Source: Camelus ferus (taxonomy: Eukaryota). Taken from it: a DNA stretch of 64,000 nt. Location of the stretch: positions 10,728,001 through 10,792,000 of the forward strand of contig NC_045696.1 in NCBI RefSeq assembly GCF_009834535.1, read 5' to 3'. Below, in pieces: positions 25,938 to 37,900 of this stretch. The translations under genes and the position numbers were made by a program. Below the pieces are notes generated by a model. The model saw only the letters and a list, made by a program, of their open reading frames with translations, was not told where the DNA came from and did no database searches. Positions within the stretch are counted from its first letter, which is position 1. The number at the start of each line of letters is the position of its first letter.

Positions 25938-27060
25938 TGGTAGTAGAATGTGCTACCCCAAAACGTGCCTAGGAGTTCAGGACATGCCACCCAAAACTGT
26001 GCCACTTTGGCATATTGATTTTTTTGAGCTGTATGTGTTACTGAACCAAACTCTGTTTTGCTCACCTGACATGCAGCAAAGTCAATGTACTGGCCTGGTG
26101 TTGTGGTGAAGGAAAGTAAAGCGTTTATTGCAGGGCACCAAGCAAAGGAGTGGGAGACAGGCCTCACATTCGCTCCCACTTAGTCTTTGAGTTAAGAGGG
26201 CTTTTTTTCTTAAGGGGGAAGAACGAAGAGGCTGAGCTTAATCATTGTCTTGTGACATTTTTAAGTTGTAGTTTGGGAGTCAGGATGTCTCTGGTTTATG
26301 ATTCTCAGGTCAGGTGACCCATAGCTCAGTGGTCTGTGAGCTCATCTTGCCCTGGAGAAAGGACCTCACTTTGTATGGTAATGATGATGTCTACACTAGC
26401 AAATCTAGTACATTAACAATGTTATGGACAACAGCAATTTTAGTTATCTGACCCTGGTTGATTAGCATTCAGTTAGCACAGAATTGAGCTCAGAGGGGAC
26501 AAGAAAGGGAAGTAAATTTTGGACAGAGATTCATCATAAACTGGATAAGGGAAATTGGCTTGAGGGGGACTTGGTTTAATAGACACTTGAAAAACAGCAA
26601 ATGCAGGAAGAGGCCTTCTCTGAACTCATTTTTATCCAGACAGAGCCTCTAAAAGAACACAAATATCACAAATCTCTTCCTGTGCAGTGTCATCAACCAG
26701 GGAAGACTGACTCATCACAGGAGAGGAGACTGGAAGTCAGGACCACACCAGACACACTTTGTCACAAATACCAGACCTTCCATCTAGTATTCCAAGGGCT
26801 CCTTCATCTTTCCTAAAAATCATTTACTCTCCCTCAAGAGGCCTCCCTCCCCCTCCCCATTTCCTTACTGAGATGGCATTTAATCCTGAATTCTAAGCCA
26901 CCTTGGGAGTTACTCGTTTTTCCCTGGGTAGCTCTCTTTTATAAGGTAGACACATTAATAAACTTCTGTTTGTTTTGCTCTTGGTAATCTATCTTTTATT
27001 ACAGAAACCTCAACTAACAATGCAGAAAGGTAGAAGGAAATTATTTTTTCCTCTTTATGT
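25938..27060 (+). mobile_element. ERV1 solo LTR, MER34-like, split by a younger LTR
   Basis: catgccacccaaaactgtgccactttggcatattgatttttttgagctg ... resumes at cacttgaaaaacagcaaatgcagga ... ttaataaacttctgtttg ... aggtagaaggaaattatttttcctc. Confidence 0.75.
26036..26579 (-). mobile_element. Younger ERV1 solo LTR nested in the MER34-like LTR
   Basis: Starts tgttactgaaccaaact, antisense polyA signal (gtttattg), ends cttggtttaa; degenerate 4-bp TSD tatg/taga. Confidence 0.7.
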
Positions 27061-28562
27061 GGCCCATCAATGGGGAAATGGTTAATTGATGATATATCTA
27101 CTCAATAAAATATTACACACCCATTAAAATAATTATTTGGAAGACTCTGTCGCCACCTGGTAGTGTTCAAGGGAAAAGTAGATCACAAGCTGTTATGCAC
27201 AGTATAATTGTAACTGGAAAGTTATAAATTCATATGGGTCAGTAACTTAAAGGGAATACAGACACATTACAGTGGTTGTGCAGTAATGGGCTATAATGGG
27301 GGACTCCCCCCACTCCAAGGCTGTCTATTTTCCAGCTTAATGATTTTTAAAAGTCTTTTTTTTTTTTTCAGAAGTAGAAACATTTTAAGTAAAAATAACA
27401 GTGGGAACAAGAATTTAGTGGCTATTTCCATCAGAATAGCCCAGCTCGTTTGGCTCTCTCCCTCTCTCCTGTGCCTGGGTTCTGATCCCATCTAAAAGTG
27501 ACCCATGGGTGTCATTCAAAGATTCTCTCCCCTCCTGGTACCTTCCCAAGAAAGAGTCTGTCTGCTCATAAAAACTGCCAAGAAAACTGAGTGGAGCTGG
27601 GATCCAGGGCAAAGATTTGATTCAAAATTTGGGGAGGATGTTTTCCCCTGCCCCAAATCTTTTTTTGTTTTGATTTGGTTTCTCTACCATTGACATAATA
27701 TATAGGGGCCCATTTTATTTACAAAGCAGACCTCTCAGCTGGCAAATTCTGGCACAGATCTATTAAAAATAGTAAGTTGTAAAATTAAATATAAAACTCG
27801 TCAACAAGACACAATATTATACATCTTATTTCTGTAGCTATTAATTATCAATGATGCGTTGCTATTCTCCTCGTCTGGGGCTTTCTGTGCTGCCTTCCTT
27901 GATGAATGAAGCCATAGACTTTGAGCCTGGGTGTGGATGCAAATGAAATGGGCTGCATTTAAAAAATGTATTATCACAACCAACAAAGAATATTGAACAA
28001 CCAAGAAAATGGACTTTTTAGTAAGTCTTAAAGTCATTTAGCAATTCTATCTTTGAAAATATCCTTTTAAAGAAGTAATAAAGCAGTATTTAGACAAGGT
28101 TCAAGGTGGGAACAAGAAGGGGTCCGGAGAAAATAAAGTGTTCTTCTCAACTTTGCCAAAGTTCTAATCAAATGTATGAGAAGGTTACAATGTCTTTTTT
28201 CTCTTTTCCTACCAGGAGCAATAGAGTTTGTTATTAAGGAAAATCACAACTTTCCAGATTTGTGGTTGAAACGCTGTCTTAATCCTGAGCAAGTCTCTGC
28301 TATTTATAGCCCCAGTGCAGCCAGAGCCCCTGAGGATGAGGCTGTAGACTTGCTGTTTTCCTCTATATCTGATGGTCCTTGCCTTCTCCCAAAGTGATGG
28401 TCAGCCAATTTAATGTGAGTCCTTGCTCCCTTACCCCTGCTCCCCATCCCCTAGAAAAACCTTCAAGCATCATTTTGATGGCCTATGGAGGTAATTTATA
28501 CTTTCTGCTTTTTTTTTTAAATTTCATGAGCATTTGGGGAAGAAAGAGGACTCTAGAAGCAG

Positions 28563-28950
28563 CCTACTAAACCATGAAGCTTCGAGGGCGGGACCAAGTT
28601 TCATTCATCTCTGTGTCTCCATAGCCTAGTGAAATGCTGATTAAGAGCAATTACAGTAAAACAAAACAACTAATAGTAAGTTAAGAATAGTAATTCTTAC
28701 TCTCTGCCCAGCACTTTACATGCATCAACTCATTTAATCTTTAAAGCAATCTGATAAGTAGAAACTATGATAACTCTCCTTGTAGAGGTAAAGGAACTGA
28801 GGCTCAGAGAGGTAAGTAACTTGCCCAAAGACACACAGCTGGAGCTAGAATTCAGGTCTTGATGTTAGATCCCATTCCCTTAACCACTGGGCTACACTGC
28901 TTCAGAGCACATAGTAGGTGCTCAACAGATGTTGGCTGCATGAATAAAAG
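28563..28950 (+). mobile_element. L2 3' end interrupted by an antisense MIR (~28670-28900)
   Basis: aagcttcgagggcggga...tagcctagt | actgaggctcagagaggtaagtaacttgcccaaag | gcacatagtaggtgctcaacagatgttg. Confidence 0.75.
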
Positions 28951-29942
28951 AGTGCCTGGAAAACACCTGGGCAGAGGTGTTTGGCATCATAGGAATGTTC
29001 TCAGTCTAGGCTGTGAAAGAAGTCAGACTTACAATATCACATCCTTTATCTATCCTTCCTCTTTTGCCAGAACTGGCCTTCAGCCTTTCAGGGCCAGACC
29101 CAATTTTCCCACTGAGGTGCTCACAGTGAGGACTAAGGCTGTGCAAAACCCCAGGCTGGGAGGATTCCCTGTTCCCTTGGAGCATGTCAAGTGCAATTCA
29201 ACTGTTCCCTTCCCTGCCTGGGTTACTGGGAGCAACCTTGAAATTCCAGAAAAGAAGAAGGAAATCTTATTCTGTGCAGGACAGCAGATGCTTCATCTGC
29301 AAGCTTCAGAAACAGAAGATTGTCCCTTAAACAGACTCTGTGGGCAGACAATGATGTTCTTGAAATCTGGGTGCAATCCCTTTGGATTGAGAACTGCCCC
29401 TTTTGCAAAACTGCAAGTCTCAGTGAAGAAAGCAAGATTCAGACTGATACATTGACACACTGATATAAACTCAAATCCCAAAACCAAATCATAATACCTC
29501 AGGCTGTTCCTGGCTGCATATGGAAGTATTAAGACTGGACAAGAAGATACCAACCAACATGGGAGTGGGGAGAGGAATGGATGGGGGTGGGTAGCGAGAA
29601 AAGGGTCTCCCTTTAAAAAAAAATACTGAAAACAAATTGAAAATATGTTAAATGTTGTGAATTCTGGATGATTACATGTTATTCTGTGTACTTTTCTGTG
29701 TCTTTAAAATTTTCAAAGTAAAAAAAGACACGGTGGACTGATTTATATAATTTCTTGGAGTGAACAAAAGGACACAGGGCCGAATCTAGCACCTGGTGCT
29801 GCACAATAATCCAACAGGCTCCCTGGGAGGTAGTGAGTGCTCATCAACAGTCCTGGAGAAGAGGAGGCGGGTGACTAAGTGGCAGGATTGTACATCTTGA
29901 AGGGTGGAAGATCCTAGATTTGGAGGGAGGTCCATTCTAGAA

Positions 29943-30194
29943 CAGTGTTTTTTGGACTTTTTTGATATAAGTTTTAGATTAGATTAGATTTATATTCACA
30001 CATATACCCATTCGCTCCTGAAATAAATTTACATGAAAATAAAATAAAAATAAATAAATAGAAATAAAAACCACCCTCACCTAGCAACCTATAATGCAGT
30101 CTGCTATTTTCATTTTTAAAAATACTAGTCAAGACCCATTAAACTGATTTCATGGTCTCTGAATGGTCAGTGATGCCCAGTTTGAAGAGCCCTG
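29943..30194. mobile_element. hAT/Charlie-type MITE
   Basis: Degenerate terminal inverted repeats cagtgttttttggact and cagtttgaagagccctg; gacccattaaactgatttcatg. Confidence 0.55.
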
Positions 30195-30425
30195 AATGAA
30201 GGGTCTTTAAGGCCCTGGGAGGTCAGGTGCTCTGTGCCTCTTTTCAGATTGTTTTCTCTCCTCGTCCCCTCTTATCTCTGCCTGACAATGACCTACCCAT
30301 TCTTCAGGTTTCCAGTCAAATCCCCTGTCCACCAAACAGCCTCTCAGATGCTCTAGGGCAAAGTGAATTTCTCCCTCTCCTAAACTCACATGCATTTCGT
30401 GCTCCGTATGGCATTTTTTTCACAT

Positions 30426-30600
30426 TTCTTCATTCATCTAACAAGTACTTTTTGAGCATTTATTATGTGCCAGGCACTGTCCTAGGTGCTGAAACAGTAG
30501 TTAACACATTAACCAACCTTGGTTCTCATGGCACTTGCACAAGACCAGGAGGAGATGCACAACAAGGAAATAAGGATGCAACTTTGTCAGGTGCTGGAAA
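30426..30600 (-). mobile_element. L2 3' end
   Basis: ttcattcatctaacaagtactttttgagcatttattatgtgccaggcactgtcctaggtgctg. Confidence 0.85.
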
Positions 30601-30699
30601 GCTTTAACAACTGCTTTTGATGTAAAATCTGGTCTCCACCTCATCATGGACCCAGAAGTCCAGTGAGCTGCTTAGCACCTCCCTCTGAGTACCTAAATC

Positions 30700-31175
30700 T
30701 GAGGAAAGCATGGGAAAGATGACAAAAATGAACTGAGACGAACCCAGAGGGAATAGAGACAATTCAATAAACTTCTCTAACTGAGTAGACATTGTTTGGT
30801 AAAACTGTGACTTTTTCAGAAGTGTAAAAGAAAATTTTCATTCATGAAACAAGAACAGAAAGATATAAAAATGGATCAGTCAAAGAACCAGAGTTCTTGA
30901 AGATTAAAGTAGAATAACTGAATGAAAAAATAAAACATAATGAAGTGTTAGAAAATATAATCAAGGAAATTCCCTAGAAACATACCATCCAGAAGTATGG
31001 AGGTAAATTCCAGAAAAAAGAAAATAAGATCAAATAGTTGAAATTCCTTGCAGGGGAGTGAAAGTAAAGATTGAAGAAATGGATCAGGGAACTGGGTTTA
31101 TTCCTTATGATCCATTAAAGTACTATTTGATTTTCAAATGAGAGAATGTCTACTGGTAAAAATAAGCTATCTTTT
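30700..31175 (+). mobile_element. Internally deleted HAL1 fragment
   Basis: ttcatgaaacaagaacag...gagttcttgaagattaaa ORF1-like text joined to a HAL1-like 3' end (gtactatttgattttcaaa). Confidence 0.5.
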
Positions 31176-33644
31176 AGAATTGTTGACAATAATTTTCAAG
31201 ATTCTAGAAATGTATGACAAAATCGAACATGCCCTAAATTAAACATACATGTAGTGTATATGCTTTAGGGACTCAGTATAAATAAATTACATTGAAAATT
31301 AAAATTCATAATTTGAGCCAGGCTGTTGGGAGAATGGTACAGAAATAGTGAATTTTCCTAAAAGACAGGATATGGTCTTCTTGGGTTGGCCAGTGGGTGA
31401 GTGGGTAGCTGGCATCCCCTGTATCCCAGGTTGCATGCCCTTGGACAATGGTCAGGAAGCTAGTCAGGACTCTCAGCTTTCATTCCCTAAAAACTTTTTC
31501 AGACTCCTGCATTGTTCTCGCTGGGGCTACACAAGACCCTACCCAGACAGGTTTCTCACCACAAATCTCCTCTAAGAGTCAAAAAGATTGCATAGTCAAA
31601 ACTACTTTATACTCAGAAATAAGTAAATGGCTGGTGGAATCTCTGAGTCCTGATTAATATCAGGAGGAAAGGATGCTCTTTGGACCTCTTCATCTTATAC
31701 CAGAAGATGGAGTCGGGGTGGGAAGTGGGGGCACACCACACACAGAGAAGAGGATGAGAACAGCATGACTTAGGTTCGTTTTCTCACACTTACTCACATT
31801 TCTTCTCTCTGGTGAGATGAGAGGCTGGATGAATTGATCTCTGGGTTGTCTTGAAGATCTAAGGATGCCCCACACTTGCAGGGTGCTGGCTGGTCCGAGT
31901 GCTTCCTGACTCGCATCTCAGCCCCATTTGGGCAGATGAAAGTCAGTCCCAGATGGTGAGAGCCTGCCAAGAAAACAGACAGTACAGAAAATAACGTGTC
32001 TTGTGGCTGTAGGAAAATCATCTCGTGTCCTGGTAGTGCTTCAAAGGCTTTCTGACTTTCCCTGAACTCCTCCACATTTCCTGATGTGTGGACAGGCTTC
32101 AGGCAAAAGTTATTTTAAAAACATTGCTTCGTGGGAATCTGCTTCCCCCACCCCCTGCCTCCGCATGCACCTGATAGACAGTATTCACAAGTGCTGGAGA
32201 AGACACTGCATGATACAAAATTCAGTTTTATATGGTAACAGTAATAATAATAAAATAATCATAGTAATAACAAGAGCTAGTTTTTACTAAGAACTTACCA
32301 CGTGCCCAGCTCTCTCCTAAGAGATGCTAGCTGAAATTCTTCATGATCCAATCCTTCTGGGGTAAAGACAGATTTCACCTTATAAAAGAAACAGAATGGC
32401 TTTTTGGTGAATAAGCATCATCTTGCTGACACACCTGCCTCCATTACAGACTTTTATGTCCTAACGGTCAGATTCCCCAAAAGATAAAACACCGTTTGGG
32501 GTTCCATTCCTGCTCCTCTGTTCCACCCGAAGTAGCTACTAAAGCCTAATCTGAAATTATCCAGGGATTCAACTTCCTGCTGAAAGACTCAACATTCCAG
32601 CTTCTTTTGATTTTCTTTCCTGCCTTGTGGAAATTTACTGCAATAGAATCACTTTGCATGAAACTTAGACACCAGAGTATTTTGTCCCAAACGATTACAT
32701 CACATGGTGCCTTACAATCAGAGCTATCCCAGTGCGGAACCCTCCTCGGAAATGTGGCACTCGAGGAGAGCTTTGACCAACGCACGTCGATGCAAAACCT
32801 TCACCGCGTTGTCTTTTCCCTCTTGGCTGCCCAGTGTGCTGCTTGTACGTGAACAAGAGTAGGATAAAGAAGGTGCAACTGAGTTCCCTGAGTTAACGAC
32901 TCTGATAAAAGAGCATGGAATAAACGATAATGGTGACAACTGGTTTTGGGACTTTCTGGCGCTTTAAATTACCCAGGCCTCTCTTGCTTTTAGGGATAGC
33001 TGAGAACAGGACTACTCATTCGGTTGGGAAGGTTGTTCATTGCACAAGAGCCCTGGACCAAGGAGGTGAGCAGAGACTGAAATCTAGCTTGTACTTTGCT
33101 TACTAAGTTGGGCGCCCTGCATGGGGCTCAGTCCACCTTAGTTCACCCAAAGCCATTATATGGGCTAGCAGTGGCCCCCATTAAAGGCATATTCCACAAT
33201 TCAGCTTTATGGATTAGCATTTGGGGTGGAGGTGGGGGAAGGAAGGCTGGTGGGGAAAAAAAAAGGGAAACCATAAAAAAGGTGTTGCCAGTGAGTAGGA
33301 GGCTGTGGCTGGAGACACAAGACTAAGCTGAGATGTGACATGATGCCGTGTTTGTTGGTCTCCCCCACACCCCCCGCCCCATCTGATGGTTCGATTCCAC
33401 AGGACGCATGTGAGCTTAGAGATCCTAACACTGGGGTGGGCTGTTCTCCAAACATTTCCTGAGTGGCAGGGTTTGTTTTGTCCTCCTGGAACTCATTTTT
33501 CAAGAAAACTTTCAAAGTCTGAGGGGATTTTTTAATCCAAGTGGGTTTGTCTGTCGCTTTTATCCTGCCATCGGGACTTGGTGCCACAGCCACCGTGGGC
33601 CTGGCACGCTACTCTGTCCTTGGGGTTGACAGCCCACGGTGCTG

Positions 33645-33850
33645 CTCTGGAGATGGCAGCGCGTAATGGAAAGAGGCTGAATTGTTTGTTTCACAGTCAA
33701 GTGACAAATTATTTAATTAGTACATATGCCATTTGTCTCCACAGCTGTGATCATCGGTACTAATTGCAAAGCGGTCTTAATTTACTGTCGATATATTGCT
33801 TCGTGATGCTAATGTGGTCATTACAAATGGCCATTATGCCCCTGTATCAT
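33645..33850. promoter_or_regulatory. Candidate highly conserved non-coding element
   Basis: Dense TAAT cores (gtaatgg, tttaattag, ctaattg, cttaattt, ctaatgt), FOX-like tgtttgttt and retained CpGs in AT-rich unique DNA. Confidence 0.55.
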
Positions 33851-34834
33851 GTTTGGAAATGAGAGCAATTCCTCCACATGGGGAAAAACACATTTCCCAT
33901 CCTGGCCGATATCTGCAGCCACTACTGTCTCGTCACGGGAGCATTTAAAAGAGCAGTGCTCCTTTGGAAATCTTTTCAGCTGCACTTCCGAGGATCGGAG
34001 CTTGGACCAGGTTACCACAGAGAGCCACCAGCTTTCAAGCCAGTCCTCGCTCCTACCCGCCTACCTGCAGACAAAGGTCAGAGTGGACCCTGGCACTGGC
34101 GGTCCAGAATTGCCCTCCCTCCCCTGCCCACCCGCCACTCACAAAGGAGAGCTTTTCCCTTCCTGCTCCCCTTAATCACGTATGCTTCATGGGCCCACGA
34201 ATGGGAAAGTCAGAGCAGTGTGCTCACCTCGGGACAAACCCTGGAAGCGTCTTATTAACAAACACCAGTGATCAAAAATAGCAATCCAATATCCCTGTGA
34301 ACAGGGGCTGTGGCCACAATGACCCCTGTAGGTGGAGGACCGGGTGGGAGTCGGGGCAGGGCACATGGTGGGATCAGGGTCGGTGAAGGGTGTGCACATA
34401 CTCAACTGGGGAAGAGTTTCCCCAAATCTTTATCCCCAAGTCTTCCATTAAGTGTGGTATTTGCGTCTGGGGAGTTTGGTTTGATTTAAAAACGTGGTCC
34501 AAATAAAATGATGCAAAACCCATTGGAGGAGAGGCAGCAGGGAGCAGGAGGTCAGAACACCAAACTCTGTCTGTCCAGCAGCACTGGTGACGTCTTGTAG
34601 TTTAAGCTTAAAGTTGAGAGGAGAGTCTTTTAGTACAGCTGGGGCCTGGGAACCACATGTTAACCAGCCAGGCTAATTAGTGGTCTTTCTGGAAAACAGC
34701 TACTCATCTATTTTCTCATTATCCTCTTAACACTCTGCGATGCAGGCAGAGGATGCTGCTGCCCTGACAGGTGAGGGATAGTGGAGGTGGGGGGTGTGGA
34801 GGTGGCCAGCCCAGGGGGCCTGGTAGGGCAAGGA

Positions 34835-34949
34835 TAGGGTTGCCAGGTTAAAATATAGGACATTCAGTTAAATCTGGATTTCAGGTAAACCATATATCAC
34901 TTTTTAGTGTTTGCTGTTCACCTGAAATACAGATTTAACTGAGCATCCT
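34835..34949. mobile_element. MER53 palindromic MITE with central deletion
   Basis: tagggttgccag terminus; 34-nt inverted arms at 34857-34890 and 34916-34949. Confidence 0.8.
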
Positions 34950-37900
34950 TCTTTATTTGCTCCATCTGACATCCCTAGATGAAGCTGAGATGAAGAGGAC
35001 AAAGGCCAACATATCTCTTTCTAAAATCTCCGTTTGGGGCGGGGTCCCTGCCTGCCTCCAGCCACACACCACAGGAGAAACCTCCAAGCTGGGGTCCTTC
35101 TGTGAGACCCCTACATCCACCTGGCAGTTGGGCGGGCAACTCCAGGGACCCTGTGAGGCTCCCAGAAATGCCTCTTTGCCAAGCCTGGGTCTCCCTGCCT
35201 CCGTGCCACCTCGGTGCCAATGTGGACAGGACCCTGCTGCCCTGGATGTGTTTCCCCCATCACTATATTGGATAAAAGGCTTTATTAAATCAAGCAAATG
35301 TCAACCCCACAGCTCAGTAATAACCAGACGACAGGGGTGGACAGATAAAAGTCCCCTTGCGGTAGAATTGGCATAAAAGGGGGCCCGAGGGGGTGGGGCA
35401 GGGAGGGTGTGTAGGCGGAGGGAGCACTAGCCAGCCAGGCCCCAGCACTACTTTTCAGGTGGCCACTGCTCAGAACTCTGTCAGCTGGGCCTGTCCCCCA
35501 GCCGGCAAATTAAAAACAGCAAATGTAGCTCTATTCTTTTCTATTTTCCTCCCTCCCCCCTCCTCCCCTCACCCCTTTTTTTCTTTTTCCTTTCTTTCTA
35601 TTTTTCTTTTTTTTTTTATTTTGGTCAATGCAGAATACAAGGCCACTGCCAAAAACATATCCCACACAATCAAACATCAGATGGTGACTCCTTTCCCACA
35701 GCTTGTGTGAGTGAAAACAGGGAAATTATACCCATGTTTTAGCGGCGAATCCCCTGGTGTTCCAGCGGAGGCTGGCCCCGCACTGGCTCTTGTTGGCGCC
35801 TTTTTGTTCCTGCGTTCGCAGTGTTTTTAGCCTTGGACACCATTCAGCCCGCATTCAGCATTGTATGTCACTTCACATATGGTTCATCCGCTCCAAATGT
35901 GTGCATGTACCCAGAAAATGCAGCTTTTCATGATGTATTCTCTATGTAACAGAAAAGATTAAGATATAAGCCTGGTGAATGCGGCAGGAATTAGTTGGAC
36001 AGATGAAGAAGGGGAGAAATGAATCTGGAATGATGGTGGATTTGGTCTAATGATTGTGGGAGGGCGTTAAGAACTTGCTGGTAGGTTTCAGCCCTTTTAA
36101 TCCCAGGCTGTGTGTGTATTTTGGCAGGGGAAATGCTCCCTCGGAACTCCATCTAGAAGAGTACAGTAAGAGATGCAGGCGCTCACACACAGACACAACG
36201 GAAACCCCTCCAACCTGAGCAGATGAAAGATTTCCACGAGGAGCCTGGCTCCTCGGCCCTAAAAGCCTCCAGACTTTCTCTGGCGGTTCAGAGGACTCCT
36301 GATTTCAACATTCAGCTTTTAAAATAAAAGTGGGAAGCCTTCCTGCCACTGAAGGCACTTTCCTTTTGTATTAATTACATTTTATTTTATTTGTTTGGCC
36401 TTAAAGACAGGATCCAGGCCGAGAAGAGCAGACTCTCTAAAATGGATTTGATTTTGAACAGTCAACAAAAGCTAAAACGTTCTTAGATGCTTTTTACATC
36501 GGCACCCAAATTAGAAAAAGGAGAAAAGAAAAAAGAGTTATGGTCATTCGAAATGCATTACTTTGATGACTTTGGGGACTAAAACTCGTCAGTTAGAAGC
36601 GCTGGTTGACACGGTTGAGTTTTCCATCAGCATTCGCAAAAGATACTTGTTTCATATCATTGTTCTCTGGCTTAATAAGAAGCCAGGAAGGAGAAAATTG
36701 AGATTTAGGCTTACTTACTTCTTACCCTAGTTTCCAGAGAAAGATTTTTTTTTTCCCAGCCAATTTTGATTGAAAAATCAAGATTTGCATCACAATAGAG
36801 ATATTTCAAAAGTGTAAACACAAAAGGCTACAACTTCAGAGACCTCTTGGTCAGATGTGTTGGTCTCTGGCACATCATCTCAGAAAGCCTCTGGGAAGCG
36901 GCCGTTTTCAGAGTCAGCCCAGAGAAGGCTCTGCTCACTGCAGAAATTCACACGGCAGACTCTTCTGGAAACTCACATGTGACTATTTAATGTGGGGGAG
37001 GGGAGCACTGCAACATTTCAACTTTTGAGAAAATCGTTTACATAACTGAATTCACGGATATTTTTGGTGGGAGGAAAGGGAACAAATTATACTGTTTGAC
37101 TAATTCACATCAAAAATAAGCTTATTTTTTGAGTTTAACAAAATCAGACAAAACTACCTTTTGGAGTTGTCGCATAATCTATATATTTTGGTATTCTCTT
37201 GCATAATTGTGGTCCAAACATTTGACAAATACCTTTATTTGAGTAAAAAAAAAATGCACATTGCAAAGCCACACTTAATCAATGAGAAATTGTATCCTTC
37301 CCCTCCTTTTAATTTAAATGAATTCATTTTCATTTTTACACGTGATGTGATCAGTATTTCGTGATTTAGCTCTCAGGTTCATATTACCCTTACAGAAATG
37401 TTAACACTTTAAAAGTTTCTTTTCCATAACTAAAAATGCCAGGCTTTCCCAAGTTTTTCCCATTCCTATAAGCTTCTCACACACTTGTGACAACTATTGT
37501 GCAAAGCTGAAAAAATTTTGTTTTGAGGCTCCAAGTTCTGTTTTTCTTAGCTGAGTCCAGGATTTGGACTTGTGGAAGATATGGGACCGATTAAAACATC
37601 ATTCAATTTTCATACCATTTTTAGACAAATTGGTGTCTTTTGATAATGCCTTAGGGGGAAAAAATGCTGATATGTGATCTATCTTCTTATTTTATGTAAA
37701 GCTTAACCTGCCAGAGCCATTTTCCTCCTGGGGTCTTGGTTGGAAAGGAAGAGCTCTTGGGTTCTCATTCCAGTACAGGCTGGACTAAATCCAGCAGAGG
37801 GGCCATCCCTGCATCCTGGTTTAGTCATTTATTTTCATATAAGTTCCTGGTGTACCCATTTCTCTTGGGTGCCTGGAAAGCAACACAACACGCATAAAAC

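Noticed and set aside
25945..26005. Imperfect direct repeat (gctaccccaaaacgtgcc / gccacccaaaactgtgcc)
   Set aside because: Lies at the 5' end of the MER34-like LTR and is probably part of that element's structure.
28859..29455. 198-aa ORF
   Set aside because: Begins inside MIR/L2 sequence and shows no recognisable protein similarity.
37791..37804. CTCF-like ccagcagaggggcc
   Set aside because: Lacks the conserved C after the GG in the core; weak match.
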